Shown: positions 9,947 to 21,080, numbered from the stretch's first letter. The stretch is 64,000 bases of DNA from an uncultured delta proteobacterium (GCA_963848135.1 CAWKCK010000017.1:62001-126000), one strand, 5' to 3'. Notes: generated by a model not told the origin, from the letters alone. Numbers and translations: made by a program.

Positions 9947-10353
9947 ATGGGGCCGCTGATTATATCTCAATTTGTCGTCTGCGGTACTTGTCTGGCCATC
10001 GGACTTCTGCATCTGGCCATATACGCCCGTCTGCCAAAACGCAAAGCCGATCTGTTCTTTGCCCTCATGTGCTTCCTCAGCGCCGGGGGGGCCTTTCTCG
10101 AAGCGTATTTACCGGCGCGATTATAACGATCAACCCTTTATATATCGAAGAGAATTCAAGCGGGCTCAAATGCCTGACCATCAACGTTTCGGTAAAAGAC
10201 GACATCGCCCTGACCGACAACACGATAACCCTCAATACCAACAAAATGGGTGTTCCTCTACCCTTCTTTGTGAACCTGAAGACTGAACAATTCGATCTGG
10301 TTATCCAGCCCATGGCAAAAGATAGTTTGAACATCGGTGACGAACTGTTATGA
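9947..10353 (+). pseudogene. Probable gene remnants: hydrophobic N-terminal fragment abutting an unrelated C-terminal fragment
   Basis: 9947-10126 encodes two TM-like helices and then stops. A second frame gives protein-like sequence only from ~10110 to 10353. Confidence 0.3.
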
Positions 10354-10750
10354 GACCTCTTGCGGATCTGGGGCACCCTATCGGAGCTGCAAACGAAAAA
10401 TGATCCCGGGGGCGTCACAAAAACACCAGTTCCCTTGGAGTAGAGGTGACGGCCATCGGGCTGAAGGCATTGTTCAAGGGCTCAAATCCAAATTATCGAT
10501 TTCACCTAGACTTTTTTTTCAATCACTCGCAGAAAAGTTTTTATTTAATTTTCGGGTTACCCACAGTAACCGTCGTGGTGCTGCACTCACAGACTGTTGA
10601 GCCTTTGGTAATTGACAAACGAACACGCTAAGGTATATAGCGCATGTCGAAAACCGGTTGAAGGAAGTTGGTACGGTCAAGGACAAGCCAATACCATCTT
10701 TTTAAGTTTTAATAATGATTCCATTCCCTTGATGAGGATATCTCAAGTAG

Positions 10751-11362
10751 ATGCTTAGAATAACTGTGCGAATCTGGGTGGTTGTTGTATTGGCTGGAGC
10801 CCTGTCCTTGGGTATGTACGCAAACGCAGAAGCGGAGGCGGAGACAAAATCAGACACATTCAAGTGGGGTGTGCACCTTTATTATGCCTGGCTCAATGAT
10901 GGAACCCTCGGCGAAACGCTCACCTTCAACACCAATACAGAGGACTCAACCCTGATGGTTCTGGGGTTGTCCCGAAAATTTTACACCTTCCGTGACTGGT
11001 TCGATCTCGGATTCGAATTCGATGTGGGCAAACATTTCCAGGACCAGGACCACTGGGAGTTCGATGCGCTGGGTACCTTTCGCTGGATAAAATTCCCATG
11101 GAATCGATATGTCGACACGAGCCTCGCGGTCGGCGCCGGGGTGTCTTATGCGACCCAAGAACCGGAAGTCGAATTGAAGAATCACGGAAACGTATCACAG
11201 TTCCTTGGTTTCCTGATGTTCGAAGCCGCATTCTCCCTTCCGCAGATACCCCGGTGGGCCGTGTTCGCCCGCATACACCACCGTTCGGGCGCGGGGGGGA
11301 CGTTCAACGATGTTACGGGCGCCTCGAATGCCTATGGCCTCGGGCTACGTTTTAAATTTTGA
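10751..11362 (+). CDS. Outer-membrane beta-barrel, PagL/acyloxyacyl hydrolase-like
   Basis: Signal peptide, amphipathic beta strands, IHHRSGA motif and a C-terminal Phe (GLRFKF). Confidence 0.65.
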   Translation: MLRITVRIWVVVVLAGALSLGMYANAEAEAETKSDTFKWGVHLYYAWLNDGTLGETLTFNTNTEDSTLMVLGLSRKFYTFRDWFDLGFEFDVGKHFQDQDHWEFDALGTFRWIKFPWNRYVDTSLAVGAGVSYATQEPEVELKNHGNVSQFLGFLMFEAAFSLPQIPRWAVFARIHHRSGAGGTFNDVTGASNAYGLGLRFKF

Positions 11363-11412
11363 TTTTTCGTTTCGATTCTTTGAACCTCTAAAGTGAGCGT
11401 TTCAAATTAAAA

Positions 11413-12934
11413 ATGGTTGGATCGATACGTAATTTCTTGGGTGTAACCGCAACTTTTCTACCTCGCCTGATGCCTTGCTGCCTGACCGCATTTCTGTTTA
11501 TCGCAATGTTTCCCGGCACAATCTTGACCGTCCAAGCAAACTCACCGGATGACCAGATGGAGGAAGCTCTTTTACAACAGCCCACTTGGATTGGCGATTT
11601 CGACAAAATGGTCGAAAAAAAGCGGCTTCGTGTGCTTATCGTTCACAGTAAGACATTTTATTTTCTGGATCGAGGAAAACAACGTGGCCTTGCCTATGAA
11701 ATGGTCAAGAAATTTGAGCAATTCATAAACAAAAAACTCAAAACCAAAACGTTGAAGGTGCAGGTCGTTTTTATCCCCGTTAGACGCGACGAACTCATAC
11801 CTGGTCTAATCAACGGACGGGGGGATATCGCCGTCGCCAACCTGACCGTTACCCCTGAACGCCTCAAATCAGTTGACTTCTCAGATCCCTTATTTTCGGA
11901 CGTTAGTGAAGTCCTTGTCACCGGACCAGCAGCCCCACCGCTCAGTACCATAGACGATTTGGCGGCTAAGGAAATTTACGTCCGCCGGTCGAGCAGCTAT
12001 TACGAGAGTCTGGTCAAACTGAACACGACACTTCGAAAGTGCTGGAAAAACGCCGATTAAATTGGTTGTCGCCGACGAGATGTTCGAGGACGAAGATCTG
12101 TTGGAGATGGTCAATGCCGGACTCATCCCCATGATTGTGATGGACAGTCACAAGGCGCAACTCTGGGTGAAGGTCTTCGACCATATTCGGGTGCACCCGG
12201 ACATTGCTGTAAGAACCGGTGGGCGAATCGCATGGGCATTTCGCAAGAAGAGCCCCGAACTCGCGGCCATCATCAATGAATTTGTAGCCAGCCATAAACA
12301 GGGAACCCTGTTCGGAAACATTGTGTTCAACCGTTATCTTCGCAACACCAAGTACATCAAGAACTCCGTATCCGAAGCTGAGTTGGAAAAATTTGATGCC
12401 ATGGTGAAACTTTTCAAAAAATACGGTGACCGATACGACTTCGATTACCTGATGATCGGGGCCCAGGCATATCAGGAATCCGGACTCGATCATCAAAAAA
12501 TGAGCCCGGCCGGGGCTGTCGGGGTGATGCAGATGTTGCCGGCTACGGCTGCGGACCCGAACGTCGGCATCGCCAAAATCGAAAAACTGGAAAACAACAT
12601 CCACGCCGGAACCAAGTATATGCGGTTTATCATTGACCGGTATTTCAAAGACGAACCGATGACAGACCTTAACAAAACGCTCTTCGCCTTCGCCGCGTAC
12701 AATGCCGGACCGGCACGGGTGATCCAATTGCGGAAAAAGGCCGTTGAGATGGGGCTGGACCCGAATGTCTGGTTTCAAAATGTGGAAATCGCCGCTGCCC
12801 GGGATATCGGCCGCGAAACGGTCCAATATGTTGGAAACATTTATAAATACTATATCGCTTATAGTAAAGTCGTTGAACAGCTGGAACAGAAGGAAAAGCT
12901 ACTGCAGGATAAGGCAAGCCAAAGAAGCGAGTAG
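11413..12934 (+). CDS. mltF: MltF-like lytic transglycosylase (SBP family 3 + SLT domain); net +1 frameshift near 12030
   Basis: GDIAVANLTVTPER and VRRSSSY in ORF1; AYQESG, GAVGVMQM, AYNAGP and ETVQYV in ORF2. Removing one base gives a continuous ~506 aa protein. Confidence 0.8.
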
Positions 12935-12952
12935 ACCAGACCGTTTACTATA

Positions 12953-13085
12953 ACCTATCTCAAAAGTAGGTAGAGTGCACGGCACGGCACGAAACGGCCA
13001 AAAAGTGGAGCATACTTGCAGCATGTGAGCATTTTGGGCCGGTTCGTAACACCGACATGGGCGCTTATAATATTTTTGAGATGGT
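12953..13085. repeat. Palindromic MITE/REP-like element
   Basis: Terminal IR ATCTCAAAA 12957-12965 / TTTTGAGAT 13074-13082; inner IR CGAAACGGCCAAAAA / TTTTGGGCCGGTTCG. Confidence 0.6.
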
Positions 13086-13118
13086 AATAAATGACAGGAC
13101 GCTAGTCCCTGAAATGCG

Positions 13119-13144
13119 TTGGGCGACCGAAAACGGTCGCCCAA
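13119..13144. terminator. Strong hairpin, possible terminator
   Basis: TTGGGCGACCG-AAAA-CGGTCGCCCAA, a perfect 11-bp stem between convergent mltF and mpl; no clear U-tract. Confidence 0.4.
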
Positions 13145-13248
13145 ACAGAGAGGAAATATGAGAAAAGGGCTCAAACGAGCTTGGTAATAAGGTAAACTCT
13201 CATTTGGGTGATGTCAAATGCGGCGCCAATTAATTTTTAGAGAATCAC

Positions 13249-13273
13249 AAAAACCCGCCCGGCAAACCGGCGG
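13249..13273 (-). terminator. Rho-independent terminator of hemL-mpl
   Basis: Minus strand CCGCCGG-TTTG-CCGGGCGG followed by GTTTTT, directly after the mpl stop. Confidence 0.65.
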
Positions 13274-13276
13274 CAG

Positions 13277-14701
13277 TTATTGCAGTGTTTCCAGCAGCCT
13301 CTCGTGGATATTGTCGAACCCACCGTTGGACATGATCAACACCACATCCCCACCACGCGCCTCTTCAGCCAGAAACGCGATGATGCCGTCGGTTTCGGCA
13401 AAATAATAAGCGGCCTTACCGCGCGCCGTGAGATCCTCGACGAGTTTCTCGGATGAAAATCGCCGCCCTTCCGGAATCTTGCTTAACAGCGGCGGTCGAC
13501 GGATGCAGATGAGGTCTGCTTCGTCAAAACAGTCGGGGTAAACATCCTGGAAAATATCTCGCATACTCGTGTTGGTTCGCGGTTCGAACACGGCAATTAA
13601 ACGACCTTTAGGAAAGAACGGGCGCACGGCCCGGATGGTTTCCCGTACCGCCGTGGGATGATGAGCGAAATCGTCGATTACGGTAATTCCGGCCTGGCGA
13701 CCGCGAATTTCCTGGCGCCGTCGCACACCGTTAAACGCCTTCAGGGCCCGACCCAGCACCGTTGCCGGTATGTTTAGATGACCGGCCACCGCAACCACGG
13801 CCAGGGTGTTGAGAAGGTTGTGCCGCCCCATCAGGCCCGTGCGATAAAGTACGGCGTCTCTATTGCCCCTTGAGACTTCAAAAACCGTTTCAGGCGGTTG
13901 AACCCGAGTATTGCACAATAGCCAGTGTGAATCCGGGCGCATACCGTAATACTCGACAGCGCATCCGGCGCCCTGCAATACATCTCTCACATCTGAATCA
14001 TCATCGAAGGCAATGAGCGTGCTATCCGGAGAAATACCGCTAACGAATTGCCCGAATGCATTCTTGACGTGCTGCAGATCCGCAAATATATCGGCATGAT
14101 CGAATTCGATACCGGTCAACACAGCCAGATACGGATTAAAATGGAGAAATTTTGGTCCTTTATCGAAAAAGGCGGTATCATACTCGTCACCTTCGAGAAC
14201 AATGTAGTCTCCGCCTCCCAGGCGATAATTGCTGTTGAAATTCTTAAGGATACCACCGATCATGAAGGATGGATCCAGTCCGGCTTCCACAAGCAGCCAG
14301 GCAATCAGCGAGGCGGTTGTGGTTTTTCCGTGGGTGCCGGTTACGACAATGGGCTTTTTACCGTCTGCCACAAAGTGGCTAAGGGCCTGTGGCATGGAGC
14401 AGAAACGGAGGCCGGTCTCCAACATGGCGCTGACCTCGGGATTGTCGATTGAAACGGCATTGCCGACAACCACGAGATCCGGCTGGTGAGACAGGTTCTC
14501 GGCACGGTAACCACTGGTCACCGTTATCCCCTTCCCTGCCAGGAATTCGCTCATGGGCGGATAAACATTCTGGTCAGAACCGGTAACGTTGTAGCCGAGA
14601 TCTTTGAGCATCGATGCCAGGGCGGCCATCCCCGTACCACAGACGGCTGTTAGGTGAATGGTTTCTATTTTTGCAGGAATCTTATTTAATTTCATATTCA
14701 T
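13277..14701 (-). CDS. mpl: UDP-MurNAc:L-Ala-gamma-D-Glu-mDAP ligase (murein peptide ligase)
   Basis: CGTGMAALA, GSDQNVYPPMS, GTHGKTTT, EGDEYDTAFFDK, EFDHADIF, DDFAHHPTA, FEPRTNT and MSNGGF. Confidence 0.93.
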   Translation of the reverse strand: MNMKLNKIPAKIETIHLTAVCGTGMAALASMLKDLGYNVTGSDQNVYPPMSEFLAGKGITVTSGYRAENLSHQPDLVVVGNAVSIDNPEVSAMLETGLRFCSMPQALSHFVADGKKPIVVTGTHGKTTTASLIAWLLVEAGLDPSFMIGGILKNFNSNYRLGGGDYIVLEGDEYDTAFFDKGPKFLHFNPYLAVLTGIEFDHADIFADLQHVKNAFGQFVSGISPDSTLIAFDDDSDVRDVLQGAGCAVEYYGMRPDSHWLLCNTRVQPPETVFEVSRGNRDAVLYRTGLMGRHNLLNTLAVVAVAGHLNIPATVLGRALKAFNGVRRRQEIRGRQAGITVIDDFAHHPTAVRETIRAVRPFFPKGRLIAVFEPRTNTSMRDIFQDVYPDCFDEADLICIRRPPLLSKIPEGRRFSSEKLVEDLTARGKAAYYFAETDGIIAFLAEEARGGDVVLIMSNGGFDNIHERLLETLQ

Positions 14702-14824
14702 AATTAGTATCCGGATTCAATGACCTCCGGCAAACCCGGAGGTATGCTTTGTGAACCGCTCAAAGCGGTCTTTTATAGTGATTTAAGTTTCACCCGCAAA
14801 TTTCACGGTATCTTGGCGCAATGG

Positions 14825-16114
14825 TTATTGGCCCAACTCACGCATGACCTCTTTGGCGGCAGCGGTGGTTGCGTCGATTTTGTCATTTGTATGAGCTGCA
14901 GAGACGAACAGGGCTTCGAACTGTGAAGGGGCAAGATAGACGCCACGTTCCAGCATCCCTTTGTAGTATGCAGTAAATTTTTTAAGGTCGCTGGTCTTGG
15001 CGTCCCTGAAATTTCGAACTGGCCGGTCTGAAAAAAACATCCCCACCATGGAGCCGACCCGGCTGACGGTAACGCGCTGACCGCCGGCCTCTGCAGCACG
15101 TTTCAAACCGGCCACCAGTCGTTCGGAAGCGGCATCGAGCGTTTCGTAGAAACCGGGCTGCTGCAACTGCTTCAGTGTCGCAATACCGGCGGCCATGGCC
15201 ACCGGATTCCCGGATAGCGTCCCCGCCTGGTATACCGGCCCCTGGGGTGCGATGTGGGCCATGATATCGCGCCGTCCACCATAAGCCCCCACCGGCATAC
15301 CGCCGCCGATAATTTTACCGAAGCAAGAAATGTCGGGAGTAATACCATAGAGCGCCTGGGCACCGCCATAGGCCACTCTGAATCCGGTCATCACTTCATC
15401 GAAAATAAGTAGGCTGCCGGCCTTGCGGGTTTCTTCCCGCAAGGTTTCAAGAAAACCATCCACTGGTGGCACCAACCCCATATTTCCAACCACCGGCTCA
15501 ACGATAACAGCGGCGATATCCGCACCCTTTTCCTGCAATGCCCGGCGTACCATTTCGATGTCATTGTAGGGAAGCGACAGGGTCAGGGCCGCAAAGGCAC
15601 CGGGAACACCCGGGCTCCCTGGAATGCCCAGTGTCGCTACCCCGGATCCGGCCTCGACCAGCAGCGAATCAGCATGGCCATGGTAGCACCCATCGAATTT
15701 GATGATCACCTCTCGCCCGGTAACTCCCCGCGCCAACCGAACAGCGCTCATGGTGGCCTCGGTTCCGGAATTCACCATACGGACCATCTCCACGGAAGGA
15801 ACGGCACCCACGACAAGCCTGGCCAGTTCCACCTCGAGATCCGTCGGAGCGCCATAACTGGTTCCGCGTTCCAGGACCGCGTGAATGGCCTGAATGACAT
15901 CCGGATGTCTATGACCGAGTATCATAGGACCCCAGGAACCGATGTAATCGATAAACGCGTTGCCGTCAGCATCATAGAGCATGCAGCCTTCTGCGCGCTG
16001 GATAAATAACGGATCGGAACCCACCGACTTGCAGGCACGCACCGGACTGTTGACCCCTCCCGGAATAAAGTCTTGCGCTTCCTGAAACAGCTTGTCCGAT
16101 TGTTTTCGAATCAT
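14825..16114 (-). CDS. hemL: Glutamate-1-semialdehyde 2,1-aminomutase
   Basis: [45 protein letters not shown] and QAGTLSGNP. Confidence 0.97.
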   Translation of the reverse strand: MIRKQSDKLFQEAQDFIPGGVNSPVRACKSVGSDPLFIQRAEGCMLYDADGNAFIDYIGSWGPMILGHRHPDVIQAIHAVLERGTSYGAPTDLEVELARLVVGAVPSVEMVRMVNSGTEATMSAVRLARGVTGREVIIKFDGCYHGHADSLLVEAGSGVATLGIPGSPGVPGAFAALTLSLPYNDIEMVRRALQEKGADIAAVIVEPVVGNMGLVPPVDGFLETLREETRKAGSLLIFDEVMTGFRVAYGGAQALYGITPDISCFGKIIGGGMPVGAYGGRRDIMAHIAPQGPVYQAGTLSGNPVAMAAGIATLKQLQQPGFYETLDAASERLVAGLKRAAEAGGQRVTVSRVGSMVGMFFSDRPVRNFRDAKTSDLKKFTAYYKGMLERGVYLAPSQFEALFVSAAHTNDKIDATTAAAKEVMRELGQ

Positions 16115-16487
16115 TTTTAGCCTGTCCTTTCCGATGAAATAATTTCTATTGAGGTCGAACCTGAAAAATTGATAATATGCTATTATTATACCGGGTTAAA
16201 TTTTTTAAAATATTATGTTGAATAACGCCAGCCGTCGTTTCTAAGCGCTCCGTCATGTTCCTGTACCGCCAGCAGTCAAAACCGGTTGACTTTTCGAACA
16301 TTTGATGACTCTAATCATTAATAAATTTAGCCTGAAGGCGTTTCTGAAATAAATGACCCGATCATTTTTAATCTTACAGCGCTCAAAGTAGGTATCAAAG
16401 ACCTTGAAACAAATCAAGCAACGGATCGCAAGACCTGCGTATCTAACGAGCTCCCGAAAACCCACAAACGACCTCCAGTAAACGACA

Positions 16488-17243
16488 ATGAAATCACAAC
16501 AATCAGTCAAACATCTCGAAAAATTATTGACCTATGTTCTGGGTCGCCGACCGGATGAATTCGGGTTGGTACCGGACGCGAAAGGTTGGATCAAGATCAA
16601 GGAACTGCTCAAAGCTGTCAATGAAGAAGATGGCTGGCGGCATATCCGCCGGGCCCATATAAACGAATTATTGCTGAGCCATCCGGTATCGGAAATCGAG
16701 ATCGGCGACAACCGTATTCGCGCTAAATCTCAAGACCATCTCTTCGCAGCCAGACCAGCGGAGAAACTCCCGAAGCTCCTTTACACATGCGTCAGGCGCA
16801 GAGCTTATCCCGCCGTTCAGGAGAAAGGCCTATCCGTATCCGAAGAAGACAAGATCGTGTTGACAGCAGACCCGGACTTGGCCCGGCGAATCGGAAAACG
16901 CCGCGATCCGAACCCGGTCCTTTTGACCGTGAGAGTCGACCAAACGATTGAAAACGGGGTGGTTTACCAGCAGGTCGGCGAACAGATGTATCTCGCCGAA
17001 TTCATCCCGGCCGAGACGTTTTCCGGACCGGCACTGGCAAAGGAAAAAACAGAAAATAGCAAAAAACCAACCACAGAGGCGCGATCATTTAACCCCGATG
17101 CCGGTTCATTCTTGCTTGACCCCACAAGGGTCGATCCGGATGACCGTCCGAATGAGAAGCAAAAGAAGCGTAAAGAGCAGGATTGGAAAAAAGATCGCCG
17201 CCAACAGCGCAAACACAAAGAGCGCTCCCGCGACACATTCTGA
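16488..17243 (+). CDS. RNA 2'-phosphotransferase (Tpt1/KptA)-like protein with divergent active-site motifs
   Basis: YVLGRRPDEFGLVPDAKGW, NRIRA and ARRIGKRRDPNPVLLTV follow the KptA layout; long basic C-terminal tail. Confidence 0.7.
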   Translation: MKSQQSVKHLEKLLTYVLGRRPDEFGLVPDAKGWIKIKELLKAVNEEDGWRHIRRAHINELLLSHPVSEIEIGDNRIRAKSQDHLFAARPAEKLPKLLYTCVRRRAYPAVQEKGLSVSEEDKIVLTADPDLARRIGKRRDPNPVLLTVRVDQTIENGVVYQQVGEQMYLAEFIPAETFSGPALAKEKTENSKKPTTEARSFNPDAGSFLLDPTRVDPDDRPNEKQKKRKEQDWKKDRRQQRKHKERSRDTF

Positions 17244-17305
17244 TTCTCTGCCGGACAAAAAATAATTGACAGTGACGACCAAAGTTGGTACCAACCAGTC
17301 TCTCC

Positions 17306-17382
17306 GGGCCGTTAGCTCAACTAGGCAGAGCACCTGACTCTTAATCAGTAGGTTGAAGGTTCGATTCCTTCACGGCCCACCA
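17306..17382 (+). tRNA. tRNA-Lys (anticodon CTT)
   Basis: Acceptor stem GGGCCGT/ACGGCCC plus ACCA; D-arm GCTC/GAGC; anticodon loop CTCTTAA; T-loop GTTCGATTC. Confidence 0.95.
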
Positions 17383-17409
17383 AGGGAATCAAGGGGTGAG
17401 CGTTAAGAC

Positions 17410-17893
17410 CTCAGTGATGAGATTGAAGAAAAAATCCTGGCTCTGTATGGCCTGGGGATGAGCTATCAAGATATATCCGCCATCTTGAGGATATCTATGG
17501 CATTGAGGTCTCAAAGGGCACCCTGACGGCGATTACCGATAAAATCATCCATACAGTAAAAGAGTGGCAGGCCCGGGCATTAGAATCGATTTATCCCATT
17601 GTCTGGCTGGATGCCATTCACTACAAAATTCGTGAGGACGGCAAGGTCTTCAGCAAAGCTGTTTACACGATCCTTGGTGTCAATATTGAAGGCCGCAAAG
17701 AAGTCCTTGGGCTGTATATTTCAGAGAACGAAGGGGCCAACTTCTGGTTGCAGGTTCTGACCGATCTATCCAACCGAGGTGTTGACGATATCCTGATCGC
17801 CTGTATCGATGGTCTTAAGGGATTTCCGGAAGCCATCGAAACATCTTTCCCCAAACGGAAGTCCAACTTTGTGTTGTGCATCAAATTCGCAAA
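17410..17893 (+). mobile_element. IS256-family transposase internal fragment (truncated at both ends, frameshifted)
   Basis: Hand translation gives EEKILALYGLGMS, VKEWQAR, YPIVWLDAIHYKIR, GRKEVLGLY, EGANFWLQVLTDLSNRGV, IACIDGLKGFPEAI and QLCVVHQIR. Confidence 0.9.
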
Positions 17894-18226
17894 TTGAACA
17901 GCGCTCTCCCCTTTTTTGTTTTGTAATATTTGTATAATAAATTTATGCCATTATGACCCAAGTTGATCGTTTCATATTTTCGAAAGCGGTCAGTCTTCAG
18001 CACATTATTCCCCTAACGGACATATTATACGAACACGCTATCGAACGGGATAACGAATTAACTTTCTTTCCCCTGCCCATCGAATCTTATTGTTATTTGC
18101 CTTTTGCAGTCTTATTTTTTGATATTCATGGGTGCAGTCGGATGCACCGATAATCCTAAATATATACAAATCAATCCGAAGGAAAAAAGATGAAGCAATG
18201 GAATCGGGAAAAAAGGGAGATAAGAG

Positions 18227-18556
18227 ATGCAAAAGAATTCTTATTTGTATGCACCTACGATCCTTGCCTTCGACGACGGAACAGAAATTATCTTATGCAA
18301 TGACTGTTTCAGAGAGACGTTCGGTCACTATGAAACTCGGGAAAGAAAGGAATTTAGCACAAAGAATCCGGATAAAAAGGAGGGCAAACCCCGGTTTTGT
18401 AGTCTTTGCCGAAAACGAATTATTGTGAACAGACGGAGCGGTGCAACTCGGCGTGTCACCAATTACAATTTCCATCTACCTGAGAGACGAAAGAGAACAA
18501 AACGAGTAACGGACATTGTTGCACGGCAGAGATTGAATGTTACTCAAAAGCATTGA
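18227..18556 (+). CDS. Hypothetical small protein with two CxxC motifs and an Arg-rich tail
   Basis: GGGAGA RBS; CNDC and CSLC; NRRSGATRR...PERRKR. Confidence 0.5.
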   Translation: MQKNSYLYAPTILAFDDGTEIILCNDCFRETFGHYETRERKEFSTKNPDKKEGKPRFCSLCRKRIIVNRRSGATRRVTNYNFHLPERRKRTKRVTDIVARQRLNVTQKH

Positions 18557-18596
18557 TCCCGTCTAATTCTGGATCATTAAGTCAGTGAACCGGAAG

Positions 18597-20135
18597 TCAA
18601 TAAACCTGGGCGGGCTGTCTATCGGCGGCTTTCATGCTGATATTGTTCATTTTAGCCGGAAGCTCGGGTTGATGTGCAAAGGTGCGCCGTTGAAAGGGAC
18701 TTGAAAGCAATTTAAAAATATCGGATGCTTTCATATAGCGGCCAAAATCACGCACCAGTTTGTAGGTTTGAATCGGGCGCAAGAAGATCCTCAGGAGAAA
18801 CAATAAGGCATAGCCCTTCATGCGCGCACTGTTTACCACTTCGCCGGGAAGAATGGTCGGGTCTATATCGGAGCACTTGAACCATTTAAACCAGTCGCGT
18901 TCATCGTCAATGATCCCGCGGTCAATATACTCCTGCCACAGGGGCGTACCCCGGTAAACGCAAAGGCGATTAAATCCGAAAGTATCCAGCTTCAAGCGGG
19001 CTGCAAACCGAAAACTTTCCATGATATCCGCTTTGGTTTCCCCGGGAGAACCGACCAGAAAAAAACCGTGGGCCCTTTCAATGCCATGGCGTTTGGCCTC
19101 GCTGACCGCATATTCGACCTGATCCAAGGTCTGGTTTTTACACAGCCGATCCAGGATCTTTTGGGTGCCGGCTTCGACGCCATATGCCAGGAACGTACAG
19201 TTGGCCTTGCCCATGATGGGCAGTTGGTCTACGGCAACCGAGTCCACCCTTCCCTCGCAGCCCCAGCGGAATTCGAGACCCCGGTCGATAATACCGTTGC
19301 AGATATCGCTAATGCGCTTACGCTTGAGCAAAAAATGATCATCGGTGAGATAGATGGAGCGGTAGCCCGCATCGTTGAGCATTTGCATCTCTCCGAGCAC
19401 ATGTTCGGCCGAGCGGTGGCGCCATTGGCCTTTTGACAAAGAAGGAATATCACAATAAATGCAGCCGTAAGGGCAGCCCCGCGACGTCTGAATCGTACAG
19501 AATTTGTCCAGAGAAAGCACCGCGGGAACGTCAAGGGGCAATGACTCGATATAATCAATCGGCAGACTGTCCCGGTCCGGGTAAGGAAACTGATCCAGGT
19601 CCCGGAGAATGGGGCGGGGGGGATTGGATACGACATTGTCACCGTCACGCCACACCAGGCCTGCCACTGAGCCGGGGTCATCCATATGGTCTAGATAATC
19701 CGGCAAAAGCGCCTCGCCTTCTCCGACCCCTATACAGTCCACAAATAGGCAATCCTTTAAGATGTGTTCAGCGTTCATAGAGGCAAAAACGCCCCCCAGG
19801 ATAATCGGAGTGTCCGGCGCTGCCGATTTAAGGCACTCGGCCATGACTTTGGTCGGCGAATAGGTCGTGGTAGAAAGAAACGACAAGGCAATGACATCCG
19901 GATGTTCTTCTCTGACCGCCCGGGCAATATTCTCCCCCTTCATCTCCGGGTGACAGGTGTCGAACATCCGCACATCGTGACCATGCTGGCGCACAGCCGG
20001 TGCCAGGGTTTCAATGCCGAGCGGCGGGAAGGCCATAACCTTGACCCGTTTATCGCCGGCCTTTGAACCGCCGAGTTCTTCCGGTAAATATTGATAGTAG
20101 TCCTCATCGCGAATATAGACTAAAAAGATTTTCAT
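18597..20135 (-). CDS. B12-binding-domain radical SAM protein (class B methyltransferase-like)
   Basis: PPLGIETLA, ILGGVFAS, GEGE, TSRGCPYGCIYC, TDDHF and GVEAG. ATG at 20135 is preferred. Confidence 0.88.
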   Translation of the reverse strand: MKIFLVYIRDEDYYQYLPEELGGSKAGDKRVKVMAFPPLGIETLAPAVRQHGHDVRMFDTCHPEMKGENIARAVREEHPDVIALSFLSTTTYSPTKVMAECLKSAAPDTPIILGGVFASMNAEHILKDCLFVDCIGVGEGEALLPDYLDHMDDPGSVAGLVWRDGDNVVSNPPRPILRDLDQFPYPDRDSLPIDYIESLPLDVPAVLSLDKFCTIQTSRGCPYGCIYCDIPSLSKGQWRHRSAEHVLGEMQMLNDAGYRSIYLTDDHFLLKRKRISDICNGIIDRGLEFRWGCEGRVDSVAVDQLPIMGKANCTFLAYGVEAGTQKILDRLCKNQTLDQVEYAVSEAKRHGIERAHGFFLVGSPGETKADIMESFRFAARLKLDTFGFNRLCVYRGTPLWQEYIDRGIIDDERDWFKWFKCSDIDPTILPGEVVNSARMKGYALLFLLRIFLRPIQTYKLVRDFGRYMKASDIFKLLSSPFQRRTFAHQPELPAKMNNISMKAADRQPAQVY

Positions 20136-20178
20136 TAATGCTTGATCCTTTATCTTAGAGCTTTGGCAGTTTAATTCC

Positions 20179-20216
20179 AAAAAAAAAGCGGATTCAACAC
20201 AGTGTGAACCGCTTTG
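20179..20216 (-). terminator. Rho-independent terminator just upstream of the radical SAM gene
   Basis: Minus strand AAAGCGGTTCA...TGAATCCGC followed by a ~10-nt T tract. Confidence 0.55.
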
Positions 20217-20269
20217 CTGTATTTATTTTTCGAAACTGACTGTAAAATACTGTTAGAAACAGTTAGATA

Positions 20270-20412
20270 GTGTCCGCCAATAAATAGTCCTTTTTCCCCT
20301 GTGCGGCGTTCTCCGCGGGTTTTGATCCTCAACGTAGCCATGCTAAGCTTGCGGTCAAAGCCCTTGTGCGGCCTTGCCCAGAGAAAAAATTACTCATTTA
20401 TGAATCGGACAC
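20270..20412. repeat. Palindromic MITE/REP-like element
   Basis: Ends GTGTCCG..ATAAAT / ATTTAT..CGGACAC; internal GGCGTT...CCTCAACGTAGC-CAT-GCTAAGC...CCTTG. Confidence 0.6.
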
Positions 20413-20645
20413 ATACATAGGTGCCCATCGATTTTTACAACAATCGTGGATGGGCACCAGATAACCATACATCAAATCGCCAAATTTTCAATCTAGAAAT
20501 AAATTGAGCTTAATCCACACTATTGGGGGGCTTTAACTTGAGACAGCTTGACAATACCCCAAATCGACTCAGCATTCAAATTGAAACGGATGTCTGTATC
20601 CTGTCGGATCTTAAATTTTAAAATGGCGGATATAATTCGTTTTTT

Positions 20646-21080
20646 TCAGTTACTGGCCCGTATATGAGCGAAATCAATAATCCGTGCCGAATGGCCCGAG
20701 ATGAGCGCCAGGATTATGGCTCCATCTTGTGTATTGCGCCAGTGGATCGTAACGCTATCCCCGATGTTGAAATCGAGAATGCTGGATAGACGCCCATTGG
20801 CATCAAAGCGCACGTCGGATGATAATTTTCCTTTTAAGGTTATTAGAAACCTCTTACCCATCGACAACTCAACGGCAATCGAATTCGTATCGCTACAGAT
20901 TTTCAGGATCTGGCCGCGCCCGACGTGTACCGTATTTGGGGATGCCATCGGGCATAAGGAGGCTTTTTTGGGGCTGACCTGGTTACCGGTCGGATGATCA
21001 TAACAGACTTTACCCTCCAGTGAAAATCGGGCAAATTTGTTGTGACGCGTATGGTTGCGATTATGCCGCTTTAAAGTCAT
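20646..21080 (-). CDS. Hypothetical protein (beta-rich C-terminal domain)
   Basis: 144-aa ORF co-oriented with the upstream cluster; no recognisable family. Confidence 0.4.
   Translation of the reverse strand: MTLKRHNRNHTRHNKFARFSLEGKVCYDHPTGNQVSPKKASLCPMASPNTVHVGRGQILKICSDTNSIAVELSMGKRFLITLKGKLSSDVRFDANGRLSSILDFNIGDSVTIHWRNTQDGAIILALISGHSARIIDFAHIRASN

Noticed and set aside
20136..20260. Riboswitch or attenuator ahead of the B12 radical SAM gene
   Set aside because: No cobalamin or SAM aptamer motifs were recognised, and a plausible promoter (TTGGAA-17-TAAGAT) lies just after the terminator hairpin.
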